Counted from the first letter of the stretch, positions 35,432 to 45,792 are shown. The stretch is 64,000 nucleotides of DNA from an uncultured Methanosarcinales archaeon (GCA_964604645.1 CAZRZP010000005.1:21938-85937); one strand, 5' to 3'. The notes: generated by a model not told the origin, from the sequence alone. Made by a program: numbers and translations.

Positions 35432-35821
35432 ATGTTAAACGATCCATTAGCTGCGGCTCTTTCCAAGATAGTAAATGCAGAACGAGTTGGAAAGCGTGAA
35501 GTTTTAATCAAATCAGGTTCAAAGATGATTAAAACAGTTCTTAATCTTATGAACGACCATAATTATCTTGGAGGATTCGAAGAGATTACTACTGAAAATG
35601 TTCCTAAGATAAAAGTCCATTTACTTGGAAAAATAAACAAATGTAACGTAATTAAACCTCGTTTTAGCACAAAATTCCGTGAATTTGAAAAGTGGGAGAA
35701 AAGGTATCTTCCTGCAAAAGATTTCGGCATAATTGTTATCTCTACACCACAAGGTATTATGACACATATGGATGCAAAAGGAAAAAGTATTGGAGGAAAA
35801 TTACTTGCATATTGCTACTAG
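35432..35821 (+). CDS. rps8: 30S ribosomal protein uS8
   Basis: MLNDPLAAALSKIVNAE start, with GGAGGG SD upstream. Confidence 0.93.
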   Translation: MLNDPLAAALSKIVNAERVGKREVLIKSGSKMIKTVLNLMNDHNYLGGFEEITTENVPKIKVHLLGKINKCNVIKPRFSTKFREFEKWEKRYLPAKDFGIIVISTPQGIMTHMDAKGKSIGGKLLAYCY

Positions 35822-35843
35822 TGTTTCAATTAATAATAATAAA

Positions 35844-36386
35844 ATGAAAGAAGACATCATTAGGGAAATTGAATTGCCTGAAGGAGTTTCAGCTAGTTTT
35901 ACTGATGGAGTTTTACAAATCAAAGGTCCAAAAGGTGAAAATTCCAGAAAGTTTTCTCATCCCGCGATGCAATCAAAAGTTGAACAAAATAAAGTAGTTC
36001 TTTTATTTAAAAAAGGAACAAGAAGAGAAAAAAAATTAATAAGTTCATTTACAGCTCACATTAAAAATATGGTTGCTGGAGTTCAGGAAGCACATAAATA
36101 TCTTGTAAAAATATGTTCAGGACATTTTCCAATGAATGTAGCTATTAGTGGTTCAGAGATAGTAATTAAAAATTTTTTAGGAGAATCAGTTCCTCGAAAA
36201 GCTCAAATCATTGATAGTACTGAAGTTAAAATTGATGGTACTCAGATTACAATTACTTCATGCGATAAAGAAAAAGCAGGACAAATGGCGGCGCGTATTG
36301 AATCTTTGTGCCGTATTACTAATAGAGATCGCCGTATATTCCAAGATGGTTGTTATATCATTGAAAAGGCAGGTAAAGCTATATAG
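35844..36386 (+). CDS. rpl6: 50S ribosomal protein uL6
   Basis: The ATG at 35844 (MKEDIIREIELPEGV) lies after the uS8 stop. The track ORF start at 35772 overlaps uS8 and is unlikely. Confidence 0.9.
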   Translation: MKEDIIREIELPEGVSASFTDGVLQIKGPKGENSRKFSHPAMQSKVEQNKVVLLFKKGTRREKKLISSFTAHIKNMVAGVQEAHKYLVKICSGHFPMNVAISGSEIVIKNFLGESVPRKAQIIDSTEVKIDGTQITITSCDKEKAGQMAARIESLCRITNRDRRIFQDGCYIIEKAGKAI

Positions 36387-36389
36387 AAA

Positions 36390-36944
36390 ATGGTCAAAAA
36401 AACAGAATTTGTTGTAAAAGAATCTAAAACCGTTTCTCGCGTCAAGCGAAGATGGAGATATCCAAGAGGTAAGCACTCAAAAGTACGGCAGAGACATTCA
36501 GGTCGTCCAGCTTTACCTACTCCAGGATTTGGTTCACCCAAAGAAGTTAGAGGAAAAATCAATGGAATGGAGCCTGTGTTAGTATACCGCTTAGAAGATT
36601 TAACTTCCATTAACCCAAAGCATTTATGCATTGTTTCATCTTCAGTAGGAAAAAGAAAAAAACAATCTATCTTAAAAAAATGCTTAGAATTAAAATTAAA
36701 CGTAGGTAATTATAAAGACATTCCTGCTGGCCTTAAATTAATTGAAACTAATTTAGCTGAAAGAAAAAAAGTCAGAGCTGAGAAGAAATCTTTGAGATCG
36801 GGAGAAGCTGAAGCAAGGAAGAAAAAAGCAGAAAAAAAGAAAACTGAAGAAAAGGAAAAAGAGAAGAAAAGTGTTGAAGACACCGTAAAAGATGATAAAG
36901 TTCAGAAAAAAGAACTTGAAAAGACAATGATTAAACCACAATAG
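36390..36944 (+). CDS. rpl32e: 50S ribosomal protein eL32 with Lys/Glu tail
   Basis: RWRYPRGKHSKVRQRHSGRPALP. Confidence 0.92.
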   Translation: MVKKTEFVVKESKTVSRVKRRWRYPRGKHSKVRQRHSGRPALPTPGFGSPKEVRGKINGMEPVLVYRLEDLTSINPKHLCIVSSSVGKRKKQSILKKCLELKLNVGNYKDIPAGLKLIETNLAERKKVRAEKKSLRSGEAEARKKKAEKKKTEEKEKEKKSVEDTVKDDKVQKKELEKTMIKPQ

Positions 36945-37011
36945 GTGTACTAACATAACTAAAAATATAATCAAACAAAAAATCAAATAATAAAATTACA
37001 ACAAAGATCAA

Positions 37012-37470
37012 ATGAAATCCAAAAAGAAATTAGCAGCAAAGGTACTAAAAACGTCCCCTAAGCGAATTCGCTTTGCAGATGATGCTCATGAAGAAATAAG
37101 TAAAGCAATCACTCGCTCTGATATTCGTGGTCTAATTGCAGTAAAAAAGGTAACTAAATCTGGACGTAATTCTCAGTCTAGAAGTGGTGCCAGAGCAATT
37201 AAAGTTCAAAAGAGAAAAGGCCGCCAAAAAGGTAAAGGTAGCAAGAAAGGAAGTAAACATTCCATATTAAGTAGAAAACGTAGTTGGATTCTTCGTGTTA
37301 GAACCCAGAGGGTTTTTCTACGTATGCTAAAAGAATCCGGGCTACTTTCCGCAACTAACTATCGGTCACTGTATCGTAAAAGCAAAGGTGGTTTTTTTAG
37401 AAATAAAAGGCACATAAAACTTTATGCCACAGAACACAATTTGATAGAGAAGAAAAAGCTTGATAAATAA
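37012..37470 (+). CDS. rpl19e: 50S ribosomal protein eL19
   Basis: KKLAAKVLKTSPKRIRF. Confidence 0.92.
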   Translation: MKSKKKLAAKVLKTSPKRIRFADDAHEEISKAITRSDIRGLIAVKKVTKSGRNSQSRSGARAIKVQKRKGRQKGKGSKKGSKHSILSRKRSWILRVRTQRVFLRMLKESGLLSATNYRSLYRKSKGGFFRNKRHIKLYATEHNLIEKKKLDK

Positions 37471-37495
37471 ATTCAATAAAATATCATAAAAAACA

Positions 37496-38056
37496 ATGGC
37501 ACGTATAAAACCAAAAACTGTACCGTTTCGTAGAATTCGTGAACGTAAAACAAATTATACTAAGAGAATGAAGCTTTTGCTCTCTTCAAAACCACGAATT
37601 GTTATTCGCTTTTCAAATACTAGAATCATTGCCCAGCTAGTTAAGTTTGAGCAAAAAGGAGATAAAATTCTTTTAGGTCTTACTTCAGATATTTTAATCA
37701 AGAAAGGTTGGAAAGCTTCTTTAAAGAACCTCCCGGCAGCTTACTTAACTGGTTTGTATTTTGGTGTAGAAGCTCAAAATAAAGGCATCAAAGAAGGGAT
37801 TTTAGATACTGGCTTGCGAACTCCATTACATAGAGGAAAAGCATTCGCTTTTATGAAAGGCTGTCTAGACTCTGGTTTTGCTTTTCCTTCTTCAGATTCA
37901 GATATTTTTCCTGAAGAAACACGCTTATCTGGTAAGCATATTCAAGATTATTTAGCCGCAAATGAAGCAGTATTTACAAAATATTTAAAAGATGGCCTAA
38001 GCAGCGATACTTTAAAAAGCAGTTTTGAAAATATAAAGAAAGAAATTAAAAAATAA
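37496..38056 (+). CDS. rpl18: 50S ribosomal protein uL18
   Basis: FRRIRERKTNYTKR and cluster order. Confidence 0.92.
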   Translation: MARIKPKTVPFRRIRERKTNYTKRMKLLLSSKPRIVIRFSNTRIIAQLVKFEQKGDKILLGLTSDILIKKGWKASLKNLPAAYLTGLYFGVEAQNKGIKEGILDTGLRTPLHRGKAFAFMKGCLDSGFAFPSSDSDIFPEETRLSGKHIQDYLAANEAVFTKYLKDGLSSDTLKSSFENIKKEIKK

Positions 38057-38087
38057 TTCAGAAAATATAATCAATCAAATCAAAAAA

Positions 38088-38990
38088 ATGGAAAGAACAC
38101 AAAGACCAAGAAGGAACCGGGAGGACGTTCAGTCCCCAGAAGTAGTTTGGAAACCCGTTACTGAACTTGGAAAATTAGTAAATGATGGAACAATAACTGA
38201 CATAAATGAAGTTTTCAATAAAGGTTATACTATTTTGGAAGCCGAAATTGTAGATAAATTACTTCCTAATTTAGAAGAGGATTTACTTTTAATTGGTCAA
38301 GCTAAAGGAAAATTTGGTGGTGGTCAAAGACGTATCTTTAGACAAACACAAAAAAAGACGCGTGAAGGTAACAAAATTCAATTCATGACTTGTGCAGTTG
38401 TGGGTAATAAAGACGGTTTTGTTGGAGTCGCAACTGGAAAAAGTAAAGAAACAGTTCCATCAAGAGATAAAGCTAAACGTAGAGCTCGCTTAAATTTGAT
38501 TCGTGTTAGAAGGGGATGTGGTAGTTGGGAGACCGACAGCCGTGAACCTAATTCAATTCCTTATGCAGTTGAAGGTAAATGTGGCAGTGTCCGTATTCGC
38601 TTAATGCCTGCTCCTCCGGGTAAAGGTTTAATTATTGAAAAAGAATGCGCTAAAATCCTTGCACTTGCTGGAATAAAAGATATTTGGAGCAAAACAATAG
38701 GTCAGACAAAAACTAAATTAAATTTAATTTCTGCTTTGTTAGACGCATTACGTAAATTGTCTGAAGTAAGAATTCGTCCTGAAGATATATCTCGTTTAGG
38801 AATAGTAGATGGTGGAATTTTCATTGAAAATGAAGAAATTCCTGAGCCAGTAGAGGCGGCTGAAGTAAAAAGCGACGAAGTAAAAGAAACAGAAATCCAT
38901 TCAATGGGTGATGTTAAGACGGAAGAAGTTATTTTAGAATCACTTCCTGAGTCAGAGAAGGAACCATCCAAAGTAATTGCAGAGGAATAA
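38088..38990 (+). CDS. rps5: 30S ribosomal protein uS5 with acidic tail
   Basis: dsRBD and S5 C-domain pattern (GQRRIFRQTQKKTREG..), plus an acidic C-terminus of about 60 aa. Confidence 0.92.
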   Translation: MERTQRPRRNREDVQSPEVVWKPVTELGKLVNDGTITDINEVFNKGYTILEAEIVDKLLPNLEEDLLLIGQAKGKFGGGQRRIFRQTQKKTREGNKIQFMTCAVVGNKDGFVGVATGKSKETVPSRDKAKRRARLNLIRVRRGCGSWETDSREPNSIPYAVEGKCGSVRIRLMPAPPGKGLIIEKECAKILALAGIKDIWSKTIGQTKTKLNLISALLDALRKLSEVRIRPEDISRLGIVDGGIFIENEEIPEPVEAAEVKSDEVKETEIHSMGDVKTEEVILESLPESEKEPSKVIAEE

Positions 38991-38992
38991 TC

Positions 38993-39529
38993 ATGACTGA
39001 ATCAGCTCAAGAGATAAAAAAAGAACAAAAAACTGCAGATATAGTTGAAAAGCCAGTTCAAACACAAGTTCCTGCTAAAAAGGAGAATATAACCAAGAAA
39101 GGAAAAATTGCTGTGGTTCTAGTTCGTGGTTTAGTCAGAGTATCTCGGAAGGTTGTTGACACTTTACATATGATTAATTTACGTAGAAAAAATAATTGTG
39201 TTTTTTTAGACGATACTCCTATCAACCGTGGCATGCTTCAAAAAGTGAAGGATTACGTCACTTATGGTTCTGTTTCTGATGAGTTTGCTTCAGAACTTTT
39301 TACTAAGAAAGGTAATGTTTGGCAAGGTAGGGAAGAAGATCGAAAAAAGAAATATAAATACAATTTCAAAGAAATTAACGGTAAAAAATATCATCCCACT
39401 TTAAATTTGTCTCCACCACGGAAAGGTTTCGGTCGAAAGGGTATTAAGAAACCATTTTCTGTTGGGGGTGCATTAGGTAAGCGTGGTGAGAAAATGCAAG
39501 ACTTATTACTTAGGATGACTTCGGAATAA
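38993..39529 (+). CDS. rpl30: 50S ribosomal protein uL30
   Basis: IAVVLVRGLVRVSRKVVDTLHMINLRR. Confidence 0.9.
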   Translation: MTESAQEIKKEQKTADIVEKPVQTQVPAKKENITKKGKIAVVLVRGLVRVSRKVVDTLHMINLRRKNNCVFLDDTPINRGMLQKVKDYVTYGSVSDEFASELFTKKGNVWQGREEDRKKKYKYNFKEINGKKYHPTLNLSPPRKGFGRKGIKKPFSVGGALGKRGEKMQDLLLRMTSE

Positions 39530-39563
39530 ATATATGAGAAATATACTAATTACAAATCATTAA

Positions 39564-40073
39564 ATGGCAAACAAACGAAAGAAAGTTAATAAGTACCGGG
39601 GACACACTACGCATGGCGGCGGTCATCGTAAAAAGAGGCGTGGAGCTGGTAGCCGCGGTGGGAGAGGAAGAGCTGGCAGTGGTAAGAGAGCCGGCCATAA
39701 AAAAGCAGGTGGTGTTGTAATCAGTGGTAGTAAAGGATTTCTACCTCGTCGTTCTTTTAAATCAATTAAAACAGTTAATGTATCATTTTTCACAGAGCAC
39801 AGACTAAATAATTTATTAAGTGGTGGTAAAGTTGAAAAAGACGGAGATTTATTTGTTATCAACTTAAAAAACATTGGCTTCAATAAATTATTAGGTTCAG
39901 GCAGTTGTTCAAGTAAAATTAAAGTTGAGGCGGAAAGTTTTTCCCGCTTAGCTAAAGAAAAAGTTCAGCAAGCTGGAGGATTAATTGTTGAATCAGGTGT
40001 TGAATCGGAGCCTGCCAAATCTGAACAGGCAAAATCTGAGAAAAATCAAAGATCTAACGATCAAGAGGAATAG
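39564..40073 (+). CDS. rpl15: 50S ribosomal protein uL15
   Basis: Gly/Arg-rich N-terminus GGGHRKKRRGAGSRGGRGRAGSGKR. Confidence 0.92.
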   Translation: MANKRKKVNKYRGHTTHGGGHRKKRRGAGSRGGRGRAGSGKRAGHKKAGGVVISGSKGFLPRRSFKSIKTVNVSFFTEHRLNNLLSGGKVEKDGDLFVINLKNIGFNKLLGSGSCSSKIKVEAESFSRLAKEKVQQAGGLIVESGVESEPAKSEQAKSEKNQRSNDQEE

Positions 40074-40078
40074 GTGCA

Positions 40079-41467
40079 ATGGGTTTTTTGGAACAGTTTA
40101 CATCTTATCTACCGGAAATAAGAGGTCCTAAGCAACGTCGTTTGCCGTTTAAGGAGAAACTAAAATGGACCTTAATTATTTTAGTTCTATTTTATGTGAT
40201 GGGCCTTGTTCCTTTATACGGTTTGGGAGAAAACGCCTTACAACAATTTGAATTCTTATCAATTATTTTAGGAGCATCTTTTGGAAGTATCATTTCATTA
40301 GGAATAGGTCCTTTAGTAACTGCATCTATAGTTTTACAGTTGTTAAACGGAACAGGTATGTTAAAGATGGACATGACTTCTCCTGAAGGTAGAAAAAAAT
40401 TTCAAGCTTTACAGAAAGTTTTGTCAATTTTTTTCATTGTGCTTGAAGCAGCTATCTATGTTTTAATGGGTGGTTTAGCACCTGCAGCTGCTTTGCAAGG
40501 AACTCCATTATATGCTCAATTTCAAATGATATTAATTTTCCAATTAATTTTGGGTGGAGTTGTTATCATGTTCATGGATGAAGTTGTTTCTAAATGGGGT
40601 TTTGGATCAGGAATTAGTTTATTCATTGCTGCTGGAGTTTCTCAGCAAGTTTTTATTCGTGCTTTAAACTTTCTTCCCTCTCCGACAAATCCAGACATTG
40701 CTGCAGGAGCAATTCCTGCCTTATTTCAAGCACTTTCACTAGGTGATGTGCAGACAGCAGGCTTACAGCTGGCCGCGCTTATTTCAACAATAGTTGTATT
40801 TGCTATATGTGTTTACGGTCAGGCAATGAAAGTAGAAATACCATTATCTTTTGGAAGAGTAAGGGGATATGGTATTAGATGGCCATTAAATTTCTTTTAT
40901 ACATCAAACATTCCAGTTATTTTAGTTGCAGCTTTAATGGCTAATATTCAACTTTTCGCAAGATTACTTGAAAGTTGGGGCTTTCCTTTACTTGGAACAT
41001 TTGCAGGCAATAGTCCGGTAAGTGGAGTTGTATTTTGGGTAAGTGCACCTAATATTGTACAAAGTATCATCCAAGGCAGTTTCACTTCAGTCCAGATTGG
41101 CCAAGCTTTAATCTATATCTTATTATTTATGATCGGTTCAACTGTTTTTAGTATCTTTTGGATGCAAACAGCAGGAATGGATGCTGCAAGTCAAGCAAAA
41201 CAAATAATGTCTTCAGGTTTACAGATTCCTGGTTTTAGAAGAGATGAAAGAGTTCTAGAAAGAATTTTAAATAGATATATTTGGCCGTTAACTATTGTTG
41301 GTGGTGCTGCTGTTGGTCTTCTTGCAGCATTAGCAGACTTAACTGGAGCATTATCAAATGGAACTGGTATTTTACTTGCGGTTATGATTGTATACAAGTT
41401 ATATGAAGAAATTGCTAAACAGCATATGATGGATATGCATCCCGCTATGCGTAAATTTATGGAGTAG
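40079..41467 (+). CDS. secY: preprotein translocase subunit SecY
   Basis: Ten TM helices, the conserved position after uL15, and the FYTSNIPVILV motif. Confidence 0.95.
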   Translation: MGFLEQFTSYLPEIRGPKQRRLPFKEKLKWTLIILVLFYVMGLVPLYGLGENALQQFEFLSIILGASFGSIISLGIGPLVTASIVLQLLNGTGMLKMDMTSPEGRKKFQALQKVLSIFFIVLEAAIYVLMGGLAPAAALQGTPLYAQFQMILIFQLILGGVVIMFMDEVVSKWGFGSGISLFIAAGVSQQVFIRALNFLPSPTNPDIAAGAIPALFQALSLGDVQTAGLQLAALISTIVVFAICVYGQAMKVEIPLSFGRVRGYGIRWPLNFFYTSNIPVILVAALMANIQLFARLLESWGFPLLGTFAGNSPVSGVVFWVSAPNIVQSIIQGSFTSVQIGQALIYILLFMIGSTVFSIFWMQTAGMDAASQAKQIMSSGLQIPGFRRDERVLERILNRYIWPLTIVGGAAVGLLAALADLTGALSNGTGILLAVMIVYKLYEEIAKQHMMDMHPAMRKFME

Positions 41468-41481
41468 AATTAAATAAAAAA

Positions 41482-42246
41482 ATGGTATTTTTAGATCCCG
41501 TATTGAATCCAATCTTGCAACCTTTACTAGACTTAAGTCCTTTATGGGCAGTTGCCATTCTTTCTTTTGTAATCACTTTAGTCATTACTTTGGCTTATAA
41601 ATATTTTACAGACCAAAATGAAATGAAGCGTCTGAAAGATAAGCAAAAAGAATACCAAAAAGAAATGAAAGGTTTACGTGATAAACCTGATGAGATGATG
41701 AAGAAGCAGAAGGAAGCCATGAAACTTAACATGGAATATATGAAGCACTCATTTAAAGTAACTTTCATAACTTTTATTCCAATTATACTAATTTTTGGTT
41801 GGATGAATGCTCATTTAGGTTATGAGCCAATATATCCAGAAGAAACATACAGTATCACTGCCAGTTTTGCAGAAGAAGTTAGTGGAGAAGCAGAACTAAC
41901 TGCACCGAAAGGTACAGAAATAGTTAATGAGAATAATAAGCAGGAGATTAAGAATGGAAAAGCTACTTGGAAGCTCCGTAGTTCAGAAGGAGATCATATC
42001 TTATCTGTAAAAGTTGGGAAAGTAGAAGAATCTAAAAAAGTTCTAATTACCAAAAGTTTACGTTATGAAGAAGAACTGGCTCAATTCGAACATTCAGATA
42101 TTGAACAGATTAAAATAAATTATAAAAAATTAAAACCATTGGGGAAAACATCATTATTTGGCTGGCATCCCGGTTGGTTAGGGATCTACATAATACTATC
42201 AATTTTATTTAGTATTGTGTTAAGAAAAGTTTTGAAAATTTATTGA
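41482..42246 (+). CDS. DUF106 / EMC3-TMCO1-like membrane insertase homologue with inserted beta-rich ectodomain
   Basis: TM1, then a Lys/Glu coiled coil (KRLKDKQKEYQKEMKGL..MMKKQKEAMKLNMEYMK), then TM2, which is the DUF106 layout. It sits in the canonical post-secY position. Confidence 0.75.
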   Translation: MVFLDPVLNPILQPLLDLSPLWAVAILSFVITLVITLAYKYFTDQNEMKRLKDKQKEYQKEMKGLRDKPDEMMKKQKEAMKLNMEYMKHSFKVTFITFIPIILIFGWMNAHLGYEPIYPEETYSITASFAEEVSGEAELTAPKGTEIVNENNKQEIKNGKATWKLRSSEGDHILSVKVGKVEESKKVLITKSLRYEEELAQFEHSDIEQIKINYKKLKPLGKTSLFGWHPGWLGIYIILSILFSIVLRKVLKIY

Positions 42247-42266
42247 TTAATCTTTTTATTTTATTT

Positions 42267-42944
42267 CTATTCTTTCTTTTGTACTATTTCAAATTCGTTT
42301 CTTTGTGCTAAAAAAGATAATCTTTGCATTAGAGAACCAATATCTTCAACTGCTTGATCAAATTGACGTTTATTCTTCATTTCAGTTATTTTTAAATTAC
42401 GATAATTATCTTCCAAATCTTCTTCTTGAAGATGAATACTTTTCTCAGCTCTTTTACGCATCATGAATCTTCTTAAAGTTGGTTCATCTTGAAATTGTTC
42501 TATTAACTCTCTTCTAAATTTAGATCCGTAACTCTGTAGTAAACTAGATATTTTATAGGAAATTGACTCATCATTTAATGTATAACCAACATTCCATCTT
42601 TTTTTACCAATAGATTGAATTCTAGCGTGATGGTTATAATTATCGTGGTTTTGGTGAGTAATTTTTACTAAGTCACCTACTTCTGCTAATCTTCCTTTAT
42701 GTTGTCTGTGAAAATTTTCTGGTGTTGGAATATAATCTTCTATCATCTCAAATTCTACATCTTCAGGATTTAAGAACACATCAGCATCAATTTCTTCTTG
42801 AGATCTTGTGTCAAGTGTTACAATTAATCTATCATATCCTGCATCTCTTAATGCTATAATTGTTCCTTCAATGCCTAAACCAGTATAACAAGTATCTCCG
42901 ATGCCTAAATGGATTCTGTTGTAATCATGTGCTTTTTCATTCAT
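42267..42944 (-). CDS. hypothetical protein
   Basis: The ATG at 42944 (MNEKAHDY) is preferred over the TTG at 42986. No family recognised. Confidence 0.5.
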   Translation of the reverse strand: MNEKAHDYNRIHLGIGDTCYTGLGIEGTIIALRDAGYDRLIVTLDTRSQEEIDADVFLNPEDVEFEMIEDYIPTPENFHRQHKGRLAEVGDLVKITHQNHDNYNHHARIQSIGKKRWNVGYTLNDESISYKISSLLQSYGSKFRRELIEQFQDEPTLRRFMMRKRAEKSIHLQEEDLEDNYRNLKITEMKNKRQFDQAVEDIGSLMQRLSFLAQRNEFEIVQKKE

Positions 42945-43184
42945 TTTAGCTTGTATTAATGGGGTATTAATAAAGTTTTCCCCCAAGAGTAGTGATTTTC
43001 ATGGTGTTGAGTGTATTAATTTTGTACAAACTAATAAAATAAACCAAATATTTATAAAGAAATCATCAACATTAGAAGTATTCCTATTAGGAATGATCTT
43101 TGAGGCAACTCCGATCGAATTTCTGAGATTGCTTCATTGAATTGTAAACAGGAAAAAATAATATAAAAGCAACAAAAGATAACT

Positions 43185-43460
43185 ATGCCAGCAGGAAAAC
43201 ATAAATCAGGAAGATACCGAAAAGTCTTTGTCAAGACACCAGGTGGAAAAACTACAGTACATTTTCGTGAAAGAAAGCCTAGTAAAACCATCTGTGGCAG
43301 TTGCAAAAAGCCATTATTAGGAACTCCAAGAGAAAGACCAGCTAAACTATCGAGAAAGCCGAAGAGTTCCAGACGTCCAGAAAGACCTTACGGTGGAAAT
43401 CTTTGTTCAAATTGCACGAGATCTGTCTTAAAACAAAAAATCAGAGGTGAAAGCCAATGA
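43185..43460 (+). CDS. rpl34e: 50S ribosomal protein eL34
   Basis: SGRYRKVFVKTPGGKTTVHFRERKPSK..CGSC. Confidence 0.92.
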   Translation: MPAGKHKSGRYRKVFVKTPGGKTTVHFRERKPSKTICGSCKKPLLGTPRERPAKLSRKPKSSRRPERPYGGNLCSNCTRSVLKQKIRGESQ

Positions 43461-43942
43461 GCGTTTTCAGTGTAGGAAGGTTATGTGTAAAAATCGCTGG
43501 TCGTGATGCTGGAAGAAAATGTGTCGTAGTCAAATCTTTAGATAATAATTTTGTTTTAATTGATGGAAATGTAAGGCGTAAGAAAGTTAATATCAAACAT
43601 CTTGAAGCTATTTCTCAAACAATTGAGTTAAGTGAAGGAGCTTCTCATGATGATGTTGCAAAATCTTTCGAGAAACTTGGACTTTCTGTATGGAAAACCA
43701 AACCAAAGCAGGCTAAAGCAAAGCCTAAAAAGCAGAAGAAAGTAAAAGATAAAAGTCCAAAAGGAAAAAAATCTGTTGATAAGAAGGAAGATAAAAAGGA
43801 AGATAAAAAGTCAAAAGTTGCTGAACCAGAATCAGAAAGTAAAGAAGTAAAAGAAGAAAGTTCAGAAGTAGCTAAAGAATCAACTGAAGCTAAAGATGGA
43901 GAGACTGAAAAACCAGCTTTAGAAGAAGCAGTTTCTAATTAA
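43457..43942 (+). CDS. rpl14e: 50S ribosomal protein eL14 with Lys/Glu tail
   Basis: KOW region GRLCVKIAGRDAGRKCVVV, plus a charged tail of about 80 aa. Confidence 0.88.
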   Translation: MSVFSVGRLCVKIAGRDAGRKCVVVKSLDNNFVLIDGNVRRKKVNIKHLEAISQTIELSEGASHDDVAKSFEKLGLSVWKTKPKQAKAKPKKQKKVKDKSPKGKKSVDKKEDKKEDKKSKVAEPESESKEVKEESSEVAKESTEAKDGETEKPALEEAVSN

Positions 43943-43958
43943 ATTTTTAAAATCAAAA

Positions 43959-45731
43959 TTATTTTTTATTCAATAATTTTTCTACTTTAATTAAATCCAT
44001 CTCAACAATCATAACAGGCACAAGTAATTCCCAGTTTTCTAAAACTTCTGGATGCAATTCTCCCATCTCACCAATTTCTTCACTATTAATAATTATCTTA
44101 GCTGATCTTCCTTCAATGTAAGTCTTCTTATCCTCGCTATTTGTTCCATTTTGTTCAGAGATTTTGTTCAGTTCAGAATATTCTCGAATTTCATATTCCA
44201 ATCCTAAAGAAGATAACAGCAAATCAACTATTTGTCTTCCTTCTGTAAAATCACCCTTCTCGTGAGCTATAGTAATTGCCAGAAATTTATTTTCAAGGAC
44301 ACCAGTTTCTGTGTTTCCACTTGTAAAAGCAGTGCCTATCTCAAATATATTTTGAGGATATTCATAATGCTGGTTATGTTGTAAATTTTTCATCAAACAG
44401 GGCAGAAGTGAATTTCTTAAATGGTTATGTTCTCCAAGTGCATTTTGTAATGGAATTGGTTCTCCTCGTCGGTTCATCTTTATTGTTAAATCATCTGCTG
44501 TTGTAAGATGATAATTCTTTACTTCTAATAATCTTGCTCCAACTAATATTTCACGAACTTTTCTAAAGAATGTTTCTATTTTACTTTCTTTACCAATCGT
44601 ACCAACATTTGGAATTTCAGCAATAAAATTTTCATAACCATAGGCAATAGCAACATCTTCAACTAAATCAACTGGATGTAGTATGTCTGCTCTGTATGCG
44701 GGAATACTAACCTCAATTCCTCCTTTATTTTCAATATTTGCTTCATCTCCTAGCAGTTTAACTTCGTATCCCATCCGTTCCAATAATTCCTTTACTTCTT
44801 TTTCAGAAAGTGAAAGACCAAGTAACTTGTTCGCATATGACACATCGAGCTGCATCACGCTTGGTGTTAGGTTGGGAGTGTTTTTCACTTCACCATTGGT
44901 TTGAACTTCATTTTTTTTATTTTCCTTACTCTTTTCTTCATATTCTAATTGCATGGAATAAATATCTCCACCCATGTCTGCTAATGATGTTACGATAATA
45001 TTCAAACAAATACTTAATGTATTAAAATCAAACCCTGAACATTCAATAAAAATGTCTTTAGTTTTATCAGTTACACAGCCAACATCTTGTGAATTAATAA
45101 TTGGTGGCATGCTTAGGATTTTATCTTTATTGTCAATAAAGAATGGATATACCTCTTTATCACTTAAGAGATGAGCAAACTCTTTACCTTTTTGATGTTC
45201 TTCTAATATTTGCTTCGCTGTAAGTTCTTTTGGAGACTCAAGCGGTTGGAATGAAATATTTTCAGGTTTATCAGCTTTATACCTAACTGGAAATTCTATT
45301 TTTTCAAGTGGGTAAATTCCAATTGCACACTTCTTTCTATTCCTCCCATAAGTAATATGCAGTTTTTCTTGTATTTGAATAATTTCTCTTAATTTTTCTT
45401 CATTTATTTTCAAATTTTTTACAATAGCACATACAGTAAACGGCCTTACAGATTTCACTGACTTATCAATAATCATTTTGTTATCGCTTGGCGTTACTTT
45501 ATATTTCCTTAATCCTGTTTTTTCTCCAATAAAAGATGAGAATGCACGAGCAAACCCCTGTTCAGATAACATGTCGGGACGATTTGGAAAAATTTCTACT
45601 TGAATCTCATCTCCTTCAATCGATTCTAAATCAGTTCCTAACATAGAAATACGATCTTTTAACTCATCGAGAGGTAGCTCCTTTCCTACGAGAGTTTCAA
45701 ATACTTTTTTGTTTAATGTGATTGTTGGCAT
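43959..45731 (-). CDS. pheT: phenylalanyl-tRNA synthetase beta subunit
   Basis: MPTITLNKKVF..LGTDLESIEGDEIQVEIFPNRPDMLS (B3/4 domain). It lies downstream of pheS. Confidence 0.92.
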   Translation of the reverse strand: MPTITLNKKVFETLVGKELPLDELKDRISMLGTDLESIEGDEIQVEIFPNRPDMLSEQGFARAFSSFIGEKTGLRKYKVTPSDNKMIIDKSVKSVRPFTVCAIVKNLKINEEKLREIIQIQEKLHITYGRNRKKCAIGIYPLEKIEFPVRYKADKPENISFQPLESPKELTAKQILEEHQKGKEFAHLLSDKEVYPFFIDNKDKILSMPPIINSQDVGCVTDKTKDIFIECSGFDFNTLSICLNIIVTSLADMGGDIYSMQLEYEEKSKENKKNEVQTNGEVKNTPNLTPSVMQLDVSYANKLLGLSLSEKEVKELLERMGYEVKLLGDEANIENKGGIEVSIPAYRADILHPVDLVEDVAIAYGYENFIAEIPNVGTIGKESKIETFFRKVREILVGARLLEVKNYHLTTADDLTIKMNRRGEPIPLQNALGEHNHLRNSLLPCLMKNLQHNQHYEYPQNIFEIGTAFTSGNTETGVLENKFLAITIAHEKGDFTEGRQIVDLLLSSLGLEYEIREYSELNKISEQNGTNSEDKKTYIEGRSAKIIINSEEIGEMGELHPEVLENWELLVPVMIVEMDLIKVEKLLNKK

Positions 45732-45792
45732 TTTTTGTTAATTTTTTCTTTGTTTTTCCATTATTAATTTTTTATTATTATATCAATTTCAT

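Noticed and set aside
43052-43306. 84-aa minus-strand ORF spanning the eL34 promoter and start
   Set aside because: It overlaps the start of a clear eL34 gene and an AT-rich promoter spacer, and it has no motif. The palindrome ATTCCTATTAGGAAT (43079-43093) in this spacer was noted but is too short to interpret.
29900-43942. Repetitive Lys/Glu/Pro-coding stretches checked as possible CRISPR or tandem-repeat arrays
   Set aside because: They are in-frame low-complexity tails of ribosomal-protein genes without regular repeat-spacer periodicity. No CRISPR array is present anywhere in the window.
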